Source: Vicugna vicugna (taxonomy: Eukaryota). Taken from it: a DNA stretch of 64,000 nucleotides. The stretch is taken from the NCBI GenBank assembly GCA_013265495.1, contig MU057711.1, positions 930,001 through 994,000 on the forward strand, read 5' to 3'. Within the stretch, counting starts at the first letter, position 1, and the number at the start of each line of letters is the position of its first letter. The translations under genes and the position numbers were made by a program. The notes below the pieces were generated by a model that searched no databases, had not been told where the DNA came from, and saw only the letters and a list, made by a program, of their open reading frames with translations. Below, one piece after another: positions 12,593 through 26,026 of the stretch.

Positions 12593-15500
12593 TTGATTTT
12601 GACTTTTTGTACAACTAGTTTTCTGGTATTTGCAGAAGTTGAAATGTTTGACAGTTTTGTAAATAGACGTGAGGTTTCCTTTTGGAGACTTCAAGAAAGA
12701 GCCAGGAAAATGATAGGGACTTTGGGAGAAGGCAAGAGTCCCAGCCTGTGTACATTAGGGGTAAGCAAGATTCTGAGGGCTTTTTCTGCATTTGAAAAAC
12801 TGTATTTATAGACTTATTGAAGATTAGTATCTATAAGCTATGTGCATTAAAAAAATAAGCAAATTTATTGAACATAAACATAGAAAAGGGATAACTGGAT
12901 AAATTTTCACAGTGAGCACACTGGGGTAACTTTCTTTCAGATAAATAAATCACCGTAAGAGGCCCTGAAGCTCCCCTCGTGCCCCCTCCAGCCACTCCTT
13001 TCTCCAGCTCAGAGGACCACCCTCCTGGCTTCTAATATCAGAGATGATTCTGATCTCTGTTTAAACTTTACATCTGCAGGATCATAAAATATGTACTCTT
13101 TTCTGTTTAGCTTCTTTCACTCAACACGATGAGATCCCCCGGGTGTACTAAGAGTTCATTCACAGGCATTTCTGTATCATACTCCACCGTTAAACTCACA
13201 CCGGATCCATTCCCCTGTCGATGAATATTCGGATTGCTTCCCTTTTCTGTTTGGAAAATGATGCTGCTATAAATACTCTCACACATGTGCATATGTCCCC
13301 ATTTCATCGAGAATGTACCTCGCTGGTTACAGCGTGTACTTACATTCACCTTTGATAGATTGTGCCAAAGCATTTTCCAAAGTAGGGGTGCCAGTTTACA
13401 CTCTCACCAGCAGTGTTTGAGAGTCTCAGTTTCACCACATATTTGCCATCCTGTGACCTACCATGTCATTTTGGGTATTCTGGCAGGGGTGTAGCAGTAA
13501 ATTACTGTGGTTTTAATTTGTGCTTCCCTGATGACAAATGAGGATGAGCATTTATTTTTTTTTTGGACAGGTTTCCTGGCCATTTGGATATCCCTTACTA
13601 CATACAGGCTGGCCTTTTGCTTTTCTCGAGTTGTCAATCTTTTTTTTTTTTTAACAAATGTGAAGTTCTTTGTGTGTTTTGGATCTTAGACCTTTGTCAG
13701 TACTGCAAAACCCTTTGCCCATTCTATAACCTGCCTTTTTACTCTCGTGACGGTGTTGTTTGCTAAATGGAAGTTCTTCAATTTAATATAGACCAATGGG
13801 CCTATTTTTCTTTTACGCTTAGTTCTTTGTGTTCTGTTTAAGAACTTGGCCAGATACAAGGATATAAATGTATTTTCTTATACTAATTTCTAGAAGCTTT
13901 ATTGTTTTGCTTTTCAGATTTAGATCTACCATCTATCTGGATTTGATTTTTATATATGGTATGAGATAGGAACCAAGATTCATTTTTTTTCTAAATGGAT
14001 ATTCAGTTGAATTTCACCACGTATGGAAAGGCTCATTTTTTCCCCACTGCAGTATCACCTTTTATCATGATTGTCTACATGCATGTGATCTGTTTCTGGA
14101 CTCTTTTCTTTCACATCTTTGTATCAGTACTAGACTATCTCATTACTGTAGTCTAAGTCCTCCAGCTATGTTCTTATTCTGCAAGATTGTCTTAGCTATT
14201 CCTGGCCCTTTGTATTTTCTATAAATCCTAGAATTGGTATGTCAATTTCAAACCTCCTCCATCCCTAAAAAAACAAAAACCTACTGGGATTTTCATCGTG
14301 ATTGCATTAAATCTACAGATCAAGTTAGGAAGAACTGGCAATCTTAAAAATCACGTGTATGTCCTCTCCTACCGTTTTAGAAATAAAAACCTCTAAGTAC
14401 TGTAGCTAAGTACAGAGTCATTCAAAATGAACACTGCAATTCCTGGCAACCACCTCGCCAGGAGATATGACTAAGTTCTGGACAGTGAAATATGTGAATT
14501 GTTGAGTGACATCTTCTGGAAAAAAAAAATCCTTAATCATCAGTATGCCAGGAAATAGTTATCACCATCTGGTTCCAAAGGACCCTTAGAATTTTTAAAG
14601 TCATTTTATAAATAATGTAGAGTAAGAATGAAGGGGATAGTAAAAAAAAATCCTTATTAGAAATGTTAATAAAAATAAGTATAACAAACCTCTTTGTATC
14701 AGGTATATTTTGGAGCACAAATGTCATAAAGGCTGAAAGGACACTGCCATTCTTCCTTGTTGCAAAAGAGAATGGTCCAGTTCTTTCAGTGATGTATTGT
14801 ATGACAAAGTCGTTTCTGTTGAATGACTCCGTTGATAAGGATATCTTATATATTTAATTTAATAAGAAATGTATATTTTGCAAATTGATTCTTGAATTTG
14901 AGGAAATTTAACTAGGATATTGTAGTCTGAAAACTCATATTCTGAGAATTGCATTTATAGGATAAATTTCACTATCATTGGTTAGCGTTTGGAGAGTGAG
15001 TCTAATGTGTAATTTTAAAATTTCTTGTAGTCACACTGAAAATGTGAAAAAAATGGGTGAAACTCTTTTGAACAATATATTTAATTTAATACATCCAAAA
15101 TATTATCATTCCAACATGAAATAGATATAAATGTTAATGAGGAAAAAAAGAAATAATGAGTAGTTCAACCTATGAACAGAATATTAATTCATTTTTGTAA
15201 ATCTTTTTTAATATTCCTCAATCAAATATTGAAATTTTCTGTGTAAAGTTTCTGCACATTTTTGTTGTATTTATTCCTATATATGTATATCCTTGATGCT
15301 ACTGTATATATTTGAATTTCTCTTCAATTTCTAATGAGATAGAAATGCAGCAGATTGTAAAAATTTTTTGACCTTGTGTCCAATAACCTTGCTAAATTCA
15401 CTTACTGATTGTAATAGTTTATCTGTAGATTTGTTTAGATCTTCCAGGTTTATAATAATGTCATCTGTGCACGTGACAATTTTTTTCTTCCTTACTGAGC

Positions 15501-15649
15501 CTGTGCATTTTATTTCTCCTCTCCCCTCCTCCACCTCTTCTCCCTTCTTCTGTGTCTTCTTCCTCCTCTTTTTCATAGCTATTGCCGCAGCTGTTAAATA
15601 GAAGTGGTGATAATGGGCATCTTTGTTCTGATCTCAGTGGAATGCTTTT

Positions 15650-15798
15650 TTAAAAGAAATATTTTATTTATTTATTTTTGAGAGGGGAGGTAACTGAGCT
15701 TATTCATTTATTTATTTTTAGAGGAGGTACTAGGGTTTGAACCCAGAGCCTTGTGCATGCTAAGCATGTACTCTACCACTTGAGCTATATCCCCCGCT
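15650..15798 (-). mobile_element. tRNA-Ala-derived SINE (vic-1-like)
   Basis: tRNA-like head and tail; TSD tcagtggaatg(c/a)tttt at 15634 and 15799. Confidence 0.92.
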
Positions 15799-16570
15799 TC
15801 AGTGGAATGATTTTAATATTTCACCTTTAAGTACCATGATTGCTATAGAATTTTAAAATTTGAGGTGATACTTCACATAACATAAAATTAACTGCTTTCA
15901 AGTGAAAATTTTAGTGGTATTTAGAAATTCACAATGTTGTGCAACCATCACTTCTATACAGTTCCCAAACATTTCCATTACTCCAAAATAAAACCATGTT
16001 CCCATTAAGCAATTACTCCCTACTCCACCAAAGCCCCTGCCTGTGGCAGCTACAAATCTACATTCTGTTTCTATGGATTTTCCTAGTCTGAATATTTCAT
16101 ATAAAAGGAATCATATAATATGTTATCTTTTATGTTTGACTTCTTTTGATTAGCATAAGATTTTCAAGATTTATTCATGTTGTAGCATGCATTGTACTTT
16201 AATATTCCATCGTGTGTACACACCACAATTGATGGACATATGAGTAGTTTTCATCTTTCTGACTATCAGGAATAGTGTTATGAACATGAACATGAGTGTA
16301 CAAGACTTGTTTGAGTACCTGCTTTTAATTCTTTTGAATAGATACGTATGAGTGGAATTACTGGGCTATATGACAATTCTGTTTAACCACCAAACTGGTT
16401 TGTTCGTTTGTTTGTTTGAATCATCAATCTGTTTTTCACAGAGGCTGAACCACTTTACACTCTCACCAGCCAGACATTATTGTTGCATCTGGCCAACTTT
16501 CATTTAGATTTAAAGATACGATTGCCTTTCTGCGGTTCATCTTTTCTTTTTGCATTACTGTGCCTCCATC

Positions 16571-16701
16571 TTTTTTTTTTTTTTTGCAGGGGGGAGGTAA
16601 TTAGGTTCATTTATTTATGTATTTGGTTTTTCAGTGGAGGTACTGGGGATTGAACCCAGGACCTCGTGCATGCGCTCTACCACTTGAGCTGTGCCCTCCC
16701 C
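16571..16701 (-). mobile_element. tRNA-Ala-derived SINE (vic-1-like)
   Basis: 'ggaggtactggggattgaacccaggacctc', tail 'ggaggtaattaggtt' and poly-T. Confidence 0.9.
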
Positions 16702-17604
16702 ACTGTGCTAGAAATGCACACTCTCAGCTTCGGTTTGACTGAAAATGTTTTCATTTTACCTTCATTTTGGAAAGATATTTTCACTGAGAACAGAATTCTA
16801 GACTGGCAGTTATTTCGTCTGTGCTCCATAAAGATTCCATTGGATTGTCCTCTAGGCTACCATAATTTCTGCTGAAAAATGGCCAATCTTGTTCTTTTGA
16901 GAGTAATGCGTCTTTTTCCCCCTGGTTGCTTTTAAGAATTTTTTTTTGTATTTGATTTTCAGCAGTTTTGATACAGAGCAACTAGATGTGTTCATATTTC
17001 TTCTTGGCATTCATAGAGCTTCTTGGATCTATAACACGATGTCGTATCACTCAGCCATATTCTCTTACCTTAGTGCCACTTTCCCCTTCTCTCTTTTTCT
17101 CTCACTGTGAAATTCCAGTTCTATGTATGTTTGGCCTTTCTGCCATATCCTATGCCACTGACGTCTTTTACGGAATGCCAGGCATCGTGGATAAAATATT
17201 ATACAGACAACGTGAGGCCCTCATGATGTTACTTTCCTCGAGAGAGGATTTACTTTTGCCTCTGGCAGGTAGTTTCACTAAGTGCAGATTAGCTTAATCT
17301 GAGCCTGAGTGGGTTTGAAACCGAGTTTTAGTCTTCAGGGGGATCAGATTATTTCCACTTCACCTTTATTCCTAGGATGCGGCTCTTCTGGGATGCTCAT
17401 TGGAGCCCAGCACTACTTATGAATCAGCAAAGACCCCAAGAGGAAGCTTCTAAGCCTTCTGGCCCTACGGGACTTCCTGGCCCTGTGGTTAATCCCTGGA
17501 AGTGGAGCTGTACACAAGACCAGGTTCATTTCAACCCATCCGCCTTTGCTCGGGCTTTTTAAGTCCTAGCTGTCTTCAAACAACGACAATAATATTTAAA
17601 TAAA

Positions 17605-18650
17605 CCTTTTATTTTGAAATAAATTTTTAATTATAGAAGGCTGCAAAATAGTATAGTGTTCCCATAGACCCTTCATCCAGTTCCCCTGACATTTACATCT
17701 TGCCTAATCTCATTACATTTGTCAAAACCAATAAATTAACGTGGATACAATGCTGTTAAGTAATCAATAGAGTTTATTCAAATTTCGTATTCAAGTTTCA
17801 TCAGGTTTGTCATAATGTCCTTTCTCTGTTCTAATGTCTACTCCAGGGTGCCGCAATTATGTTTAGTTGTCATGTCTGTAACATGGCCCGTGACAGTTTT
17901 ATCAGTCGTTAATGTTTTTCACGACCTTGATGGTTTTGAAGAGTACTAGTCGGGGAGTTTGTAAAGGGTCTCTCAGTTTTGGTTTGTCTGATGTTTTCTC
18001 ATGAATGGATTATCATTCTAGGGGAGGAATATCACAGATTCAAAGCACTCTTCTCATTACATTATTTCAGGGGTCCATGTTATGGATTGAATGTTTGTAT
18101 CCCCCAAATTCACATGTGGAAGCCCTAAGCCCCAATATGATGGTGTTCGGAGGTGAGGCCTTCGGGAGGTAATTAGGTTTCGATGAGGTCACGAGTGAGG
18201 TTCCCTCCTGATGAGATCAGTGCCTGTACAAGACTGGGCAACGGAGAGCCTGCGTCCTCTCCCTCTCTCCACCGCATGAGAACACAGAGAGCCGGGAACA
18301 GCGCCCTCACCAGGAACCAAATCTGCCAGCACCTTGGCCTTGGACTTCCAGCCTCCAAAACTGTGAGAAATAAGTGTCTGTGGTATTTTGTTTTTTTAAC
18401 AGCGGCCTGAATTAAGACGGTATGTGATGTCAACCTGACTTATTCCTAGTGATGTTAACCTTGATCATTTAGTTCAAATGGTGCCTGTCAGATTTCTCCA
18501 CTGTGAAGTCGTGGCTTTTCCCTTTTTCTACTATATTCTTTGGAAGTGGGTCTCTAAGAGCCACACTCATGAGCATTACGGGCCACACACTGGAGGTAAA
18601 AGTATCTGCTTACCTAATTTGAAATTCTTCTGTATGGAAGATTTGTCCCT
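17605..18650 (-). mobile_element. L1MC-like 3' UTR interrupted by a MaLR LTR
   Basis: 'tttattttgaaataa...cccatagacccttcatccag' terminus; sequence resumes after 18420. Confidence 0.7.
18078..18419 (+). mobile_element. MaLR solo LTR (MLT1A/MST-like)
   Basis: Starts tgttatggattgaatgtttgtatccccc; contains ggacttccagcctccaaaactgtgagaaataa. Confidence 0.9.
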
Positions 18651-19230
18651 CAAAGAAATTTTTACTTTTGATTTTATTAAACCAGTGTTTCCACTTGTTC
18701 TCAGTGCAGACTAGTTTGTTGTGGCTACTTCTCAAGTCTGCTGCATTTATTTTTTTTTAAGTATTTATGTTTAGAGAAACTTATTAACAGTGGTTATCTC
18801 TGACACCCGGGGCAGATGGGATATGTGTGGTCGTGTGTGTTTGGAGGAGTTTCATTTTCCACAGTCCTGTATCCTTTGCATAATCTATAATAAGCATGCA
18901 TTTTATTTTATAATCAGTCAAAATGATGCTTTTTCCATTTTGTGAAAAATAGCAGAACAAAACATCTTTGCTCCAATGATCTATGACTGTGTCTCAGTGA
19001 AGAAAAAAATTGAGTTCGCCATCTGGATAATTTCACCCTCCCAAATCACATCTTTTCTTGTAAACTGCATTTTTGGATGTTTGGGGCACAAGGACCTGCA
19101 CTCTTGGGTTAGTATGCGTGATGCCAAAAAACCCGGGGTCTGATGTTCAAATTCTGGACCCACTTTTACTGACTGAGTGACCTTGACCAATACCTATGCC
19201 TCTGTTTTCCTGTGAGAAAGAGGAGATAGT

Positions 19231-19360
19231 GGGGAGGATATAGCTCAGTGGTAGAGCATGAACTTAGCCTGCATGAGGTCCTGGGTTCAATCCCCAGTGC
19301 CTCCATTAAAATAAATAAACCTAATTGCCTCCCCTCCTAGAAAGAAAAAGAAAGAAAAAA
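19231..19360 (+). mobile_element. tRNA-Ala-derived SINE (vic-1-like) inside a MIR
   Basis: A box tagctcagtgg, B box ggttcaatccc, tail taaacctaattgcctcccc and A-rich end. Confidence 0.93.
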
Positions 19361-20729
19361 GAGATAACCATTATATCTACCTCAGGGGTTTTTGTGAGGA
19401 AGAAACAAGACGATGGGTGTATAACACTTGGTATAGTGTCTCACCCACGAAGTGCTTAATTCACGTTAACTCTGATTGTTATTAGAGGCCAAGTGTAGGC
19501 TCAGAGGGGAGTCAGCCTTGAGGTGAGTCATTCTGGCCCCTTCTCTTTACTGTGTCTCCCTTTAGAATCCTGCCTGTTGTCGTGGGTCTTTCAGATCTAA
19601 TTTTCTCTATAATCTGGGTTGCTAAGCAATAGTGCAATTTTCCACATTGGCTCAGCATTATAAAATCTGTAAGTGAAATCACGGAGCCAGGAACAGGTCC
19701 AGGCCTGGGGTGGAGAGGGGAGGGCTCGCTTTGCACTCTTTGTTCTGTAACAGTGAAGTTTTTCTTCTTTTAATCAAATAAACAAGCAGCCAGGCTCTTC
19801 GGTCTCACCATGATCTCTCCGAGTCTGGAATTAGGTCTGATCCCCTAAGGGCCTGGAGCTGAGCCCAGCACCTGGAGGGTGTCAGGCTGCGGTGACTAAG
19901 GATGCTGACGTATCTGAAGTCAGCAGGTGTCGGGACAGATGACGCCCCATGTGCGCATTAGCGCGAGGCATCAGGGGACCGACCGAGTGCCACATTCGCT
20001 GTGGAAAAGCACTGAACACCCTCTGCAGCGTGATCAGCTGACTAGTTCCCTGGGAGCTTGTTTCGTTCCTATTATGGAGACTAATCGTGTGCTGTTTGGA
20101 CGTGTTAGACGTTCCGGCTCCAATAAAGACATCAGTGACCATGAATACATGAATCTGTTTGCATTTCCAAGTAGTGGTTGAAATTTGATCATTTTTCTCC
20201 TTCCCCAGCAGCATCTCATTATTCTGAAGCAGCTCCTTCCCTGTTTGCTGGATTCTAGGCCCAGGGTTTCATTCAAACGAACCAGTTTTCAGGCAACAAA
20301 GTGAAAGGAATACGGCGCGGTTTCATTCATTTCCAACAGGAAAAGAAAGAAACCAGATTTCTTCCCTCTGCCTGTGACGACTGTGGACAAATTGTGTGAG
20401 GTTTGTGAAGAGTTTTATACATGTGACCTCATTTCCTCTCCCCACTCCAATCGGCAAAGTCACGATTACTTTATGTCGGTCCTGGGCCCGGCTGCTTTAT
20501 GATTGGATCCAGCCTTCAGGTTTGCTTAATTCTGTCCCCTCCTGAAGGCACAGCTTGGCTTTTCCTCTGAGTTTACAAAAAATAAAAATAGTGATTGTCA
20601 GTATCTGTCTCTTAAGGACGAGATTTTTGAACCGGAAGATTGCTTGTTGAATGTATCCACACCGTGGGTCTTACCTGGGTCTCCCTTTGCTCCTCCTGCC
20701 CTCTCCTCTTCTTGCTTCAGAGCTCTGAG

Positions 20730-21487
20730 CTATTTTTACTCATGACACTTCTGACACCAAAGGCGTGGTGTCTTGTCCACACTGCCTCTCCTGCTGTGGG
20801 TCCTACAATTCAGTTCCGTTCTGACACCATCTACCTGGAGTCAGCATCAGAGCCCACCTGTTAAGGGCTCAGTTCCACCAGACTGCTCTGCTTCAGATGC
20901 CAGTTACGAGTCCCAGGTTGTCACTGGTACTTCTGACCAACAGGCTGTTAATTCAGAGGGTTCCCCCAACCTCCTCCTCAGGTCTGATAGTTCACCGGGA
21001 CAATTCACAGAACTCAGGAAAGCACTTTACTTATGATTTGCAGTTTATCAGAAAAGATTCAACTCAGAATTGGCCAGTTGGAAGAGATGCATAGGGCAAG
21101 GTATGTCAGGGTGGAGGGGTTTGGGGGGGGTGCACCACCCTCCCAGCACCTTGATGTGTTCACCAACCTGGAAGCTCTCTGAACCGTTATTTAGGGTTCT
21201 TACGGAAGTTCCATTATGTAGGCATGATCAATTAAATCGTTGATCACTAGCAGTTAACTCAGTCTCAGGTGATTGACTCAATCCCCTGCCCCTCTCCCCT
21301 TCCAGGAGGCCTAGAGGTGGGGCTGAAAGTTCCAGCCCTCTAATGATGCCTGGTCTTTCTGATGACCAGCCACTAGTCATGCCATTAGCATACAAAAGAC
21401 ACGCATCGCTCTGGCCAGTCCAAGGGTGTTAGGAGCTGTGTGCCAGGAACCAGGGACAAAAGCCAACACTTATTTTTTGTGACATCA
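20730..21487. mobile_element. MER21-like LTR
   Basis: 'cacttctgacaccaa', 'ctgacaccatctacctggag' and 'aggagctgtgtgccaggaaccagggacaaa' resemble MER21 hallmarks as recalled. Confidence 0.75.
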
Positions 21488-22141
21488 TGGTTGACTTCCG
21501 CAATTCACTCAAAAAGAGCAGCAGAAGCTGGGGCTCTGAGGGTGAGAAGCTCCTTGATCCCATCTGCCTTATGCTTCTCTATCTGTGTCAACCTTCTAGT
21601 TTCCCCAGAAATGCCCCCTGTGACTTACCGGTCAGTCCAGATGTGAGGATAATTTCTCTCTCATTGCTGCAAGTGTGAAGTTGAGGGGCGAAGCCAATTT
21701 TGGTGGGAATCAGACAGCAGGAAGAATCTACCACTAGAGCTTGGCTTCTGCAAGGTGGGTTTGAGACCAAAATTGGGCACAGGGAGCAGGTGATTAAAAT
21801 GAAAGTTTCAAATAAAAGACGCAAGTGGACCAGGGGAACAAGGCGTCTCTATCTTCCATTTTTAGTTGAAATATTTCTCCAATATTTCTTTAGACTAAGA
21901 ACAAGACCCAATTTCTCATGACAAAAGCAGGTGGACATGCCACCCTGGGTTTATATACTTGGTGGCCAGCTTGTGTATACACTGAGTTTAGAACAGTTCT
22001 TGCAGACTATCATAGACGTCTTTTTAACACATTGATCAACACTACTTTCCAATCAAAAACCACTAGGAGGGGACAGAAGCTTTAGAAATTCTGAGTATCC
22101 ACCTAATTAAACAACTTGAACAGATCAAAAAGGCTTGTAGG

Positions 22142-22510
22142 GTGGTACAAACTGAATGTGTATGTCTCTCCAAAATTCACAAATTGAAATCTAATCTAAT
22201 CCTACTGTGATGGTATTTGAAAGTCAGGCCTTTGGGAAGTGATTAGGTTATGACAACAGAGCCTTCATGAATGGGATTAGTGTCCTTAAAAAAGGGACTC
22301 CAGAGAGTTCTCTTGCCCCTTCTGCCATGTGAGGACACAGAGAAGACAGCCGTCCATGAACAGGGAAGTGGACCTGACCAGACACTGAATCTGCTGACAC
22401 CTGGATCTCAGACTTCCCAGCCTCCAGAACCAAGAGAAATAAATTTCTACTGTTTATAAGCCACTTAGTCTATGGTGGTTTTGATACAGCAATCCAAACT
22501 GATTGAGATG
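22142..22510 (+). mobile_element. MaLR solo LTR (MLT1A-like)
   Basis: 'tgccatgtgaggacacagagaagacagccgtc', 'cagcctccagaac...aaataaatttctactgtttataagccac'. Confidence 0.9.
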
Positions 22511-22956
22511 TAGAGCAAAATAAATTGATTTGGCACCTTGCTTGTTGAACAAAATCTTAACAGAAGAATTTTCTATTGGTACATACTTTGGTTCAATCAA
22601 TATATAACATTTTCTCTAGTAAACAAGACTGAAAATTCACCTGGGTAAGTTCCTTAGAGAACATACCATGTTAACATTCCCTTTTCAGGACTTTGGAGTT
22701 TTTACAGACTCGGTATCTTCAAAAAGGCTGAGATTATGAACTTTCCTTCTGAACTACTCATTCCATGGTTACCCTTCCAAATGGGGGTCCTCCCACGGGC
22801 TGGCCTCCTTCCCTAGCTCCACAGAACCCTCAAATCTTTGAAAGCATCCTTGCTTTCTCACCACAAGATGTCTCAAGCCTTGTTGCTGTCTTACCCTCAA
22901 GTCCTCCCCCACAACCCACCAGGGAATCTCTGGTTTCCTTTGGTAAAAGATGGCAG

Positions 22957-24385
22957 CAAATCAAAACCACAATGAGATATCATCTGTCAGAGTCGTCATT
23001 ACCAAAAAGACAAGGAATAACAAGCATTGGTGAGGGTGTGGAGAAAAGGGAACTCTTATGCACTGTTGGTAAAATCTGTGAATTGGTACAGCCACTATGG
23101 AAAGCAGTATGGAGGATCCTCAAAAGCTCAAAAATAGAACTATCATGTGATCTAGTGGTTCCACTTCTTGGTATTTATCCAGAGAAAACAAAACACTAAC
23201 TCAAAACATGTCTGTACTTCCATGTTCATTGCAGCATTATTTACAATAAGCAATTTACAATGTGGGTGTCCAGGAAACCACCTAAGTGTCCATCAATGGA
23301 TGAATGGATAAAGAAAATGTGAAATATGGCTATCCTGTTCAGCTATAAAACAAGAAAAAAACCTTTTCATTTGCAACAACATAGATGAACCTTGAGGGCT
23401 TTATGCTAAGTGAAGTAAATCAGACAAAGAGAAGTACTGTATGACCTTGTTGCAGCAAAGTGTGTTACAGCTCAGTGTTATAGCTCCGTTGTGACAGCAA
23501 CCTGGATCTTGGCGAGAGACCAAGCAGCACTCGGAGGGTTGGAGCACTCAGGTTTATTACATCAGCGGGCCCAGAGGAGTTAACACTCCAAGCTCTGGAC
23601 CCCCTCTGTAGGTTTACACAGCCTTTTATAGGCTACCAGTCTAGACTGTGCAACATTTTGCAACATCATATGCAAATAAGGTATAACAAAGGTGACTAAT
23701 TAGAAACAAACTTTGTAGAAATGGACCAATCAGGAGTGAGAGAAATGGACCACTCAGGAGTGGTATAAATGGACCAATCAGGAGTTAGCTCAGGGAAAGA
23801 ATAAAATCTTAGGGGTAAGTTCCACTTTCTTAGAAGTAAGCCGTTTCAGAGGCAAAAAGCAAGATAATGCCACTGGGCCAGGGAACAGGATGGTGCTGGC
23901 AGGAAAGTAATGGCTCTGCCTGGAGGTCTTGCTGGTCTTTTTCATGGGGCATCCCATCTCAATCTGACTAACTTGTGGAATCTAAAGCAAACAAACAAAC
24001 AAAAAACCCAAGCTCTTAGATACAGAAAACTAACTAGTAGTTGCTACAGACAGGGGTTGGAGTGTGGGTGAAATGAGTTGGGGGTGGTGGTAAAAAGGTA
24101 CAAACTTCCAGTTATAAAATAAGTAAGTCCTGGGGACATAATATACATCGTGATGACTATAGTTAATAATACTGTATTGCGTATTTGAACATTGCTAAGA
24201 GAGTAAATCTTAAAAGTTCTCATCAAGAAAAAGAAGTATAAACCACATTGGTGACAGATTAACTTGTCTTCTTGTGGTGATCATTTCTCAATATATACAA
24301 ATATTGAATTATTATGTTGCACATCTGAAACTAATGTTATATGTCAAGTACACCTCAATAAAAACCAAGCAACCAAAAAAAAAAA
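22957..24385 (+). mobile_element. LINE-1 3' end (L1MA-like) split by an ERV LTR
   Basis: QIKTTMRYHL...LVQPLWK motif, L1 3' UTR and A-tail. Confidence 0.92.
23448..23961 (-). mobile_element. ERV1-type solo LTR
   Basis: TG...CA termini, 4-bp flanks acct/atct; minus-strand TATAAAA 23630-23624 and AATAAA 23558-23553; internal repeats with CCAAT. Confidence 0.88.
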
Positions 24386-26026
24386 CCAGCTCATGAAAAC
24401 TTTATGAGGTAGCTATTATTATCTCTATTTTATGGATAGGGAAATTGAAGGATAGAAAGGTTCAGTGACAATAGGTGAAGGACACAGACATTACGTGGCT
24501 CAGTCCCTCCAGAACACGAGTGCCACGAGAGTGTAACTGTGTGTCTGTCTTATTTGTTACTATATCTCCAGGTTCTAGAAGAGTTGCTGATACACAGTAG
24601 GTACTTGAATGGTTACTGAATGAATGAATGACTATGTAAGAAAAAATTTGTATGTTTAAACTTAACTGCAGAATTACTACGAGCACAAGGCATTTAACCA
24701 GCCAGAATGCTTTTACACAAGCTGAACCAGTGGTTTTCATGACAGGCTGTTGGTGACCAGGTAGCAGCTAAGGCACAGAGATCGGTTCTCTCAGCAGTGG
24801 CCCATGGTGTTTGGATCTGGACACACGGCTCCTTCTCACCACCTCTCCCCATTTGCAGCCCTTAGGGGAGGCTCGGGTGCCCTGGCAGTTTGTACCGCAT
24901 CTGTCTTGCTCCTGTGCCTCCTCATTCTGTCAGCAGAAAAACGATTACTATCATTTTTTTTCACTAATGATCTGCCTGAAACTCTAAGTGCTTTTTATGG
25001 ATTAACTTGATTCTCTCATTAATCCTAAATGATAGGCCCTTTGATTAACACCATTTTACAGCTGAGGAAACTAAAGCTGAGATATATTCAATAAGTCACC
25101 CAGGATCATACAGCCAGTAGCAGATTGTCCAGGAATTGATGTATCCAGAGGCTGTCGTGGACAGGGAAGACGGACTGTTTCTGGTGAGCTGAGAATCCAG
25201 GAATGGAAGAAAACGCCGGCCGAGTCTGCACCACGTTCCCCGCCTTTCACCCTCGGGAACGCTAGGCTGAGCTGCGGCTGGTCTTCAGCTAGTCCCCAGG
25301 TCCCATCTACTGTTTGTACTGGCTAAATGGGCTTTCCCCTCAGGATTACCTCTCTCTCAGGGCTCCAGAATTGCTTGGATGCCACGGGTGGAGAAATCAC
25401 TTTGGGTCGGAAGGCTGGAGGGTAGTGGAAACTTTGTGGGATTCGCAGCTTGCAGGGTGCACACAGCCGGGGTAACACCATTACTGGGTTGGTCAGATTT
25501 TTCACTCCCATTCTGCCCCTCCTTCCTAAGGTCTGCACACTGCAATGCAAGCTTAACCAACTGCCAGGACTGCTGGCTGAGCAATGATCACTTTTACTGT
25601 TTTATACATTTCAGCCTGATTGGCAACCAGCTACTAAGAAGCCACTGTGGTTCAAACAACAATCCCCTTTGGACACAAGCTGGGGAATCCAACCCTTTCA
25701 TGCAAAAATGCTAGAAAACTTTGTGATTTTAATAACTGAAAACACATCAATGCCTCCTTTCTGTTCTCCATTTCTGTAACTTTCACATTTCTGTATACCG
25801 GCCAAGGGTGTTGTCAAAAATCACACCAAACAGCAGGGCAACTGTTTACCTTTCCTTCCTTGGTGGTTTCACTGCTGACTTTTTTTTTTGTTTTACTTTG
25901 TTTTGTTTTAGTGGAAGTAACAGGCATTGAGAGAACAAAAGAGCTTGGTCCAAATGCAACTCTTATCTTGAACATATTTATCAGATCTGGGCTACTGGGG
26001 TGACAAATAAAATATCTTTTTCAGAA

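Larger units (their letters stand above)
12855..17200 (-). mobile_element. Old fragmented LINE-1 (L1MC/L1ME-like) with nested insertions
   Basis: Decayed ORF2 motifs (e.g. 15331-15576 DDIIINLEDLNKSTDKLLQSVSEFSKVIGHKV); interrupted by SINEs, an L1MB-like 3' end (about 15855-16470) and a non-L1 insert (about 14350-15150). Confidence 0.85.

Noticed and set aside
23719..23785. Short spaced repeats resembling a CRISPR array
   Set aside because: Spacers are only a few nt, the repeats lie inside an LTR, there are no cas genes and the DNA is mammalian.
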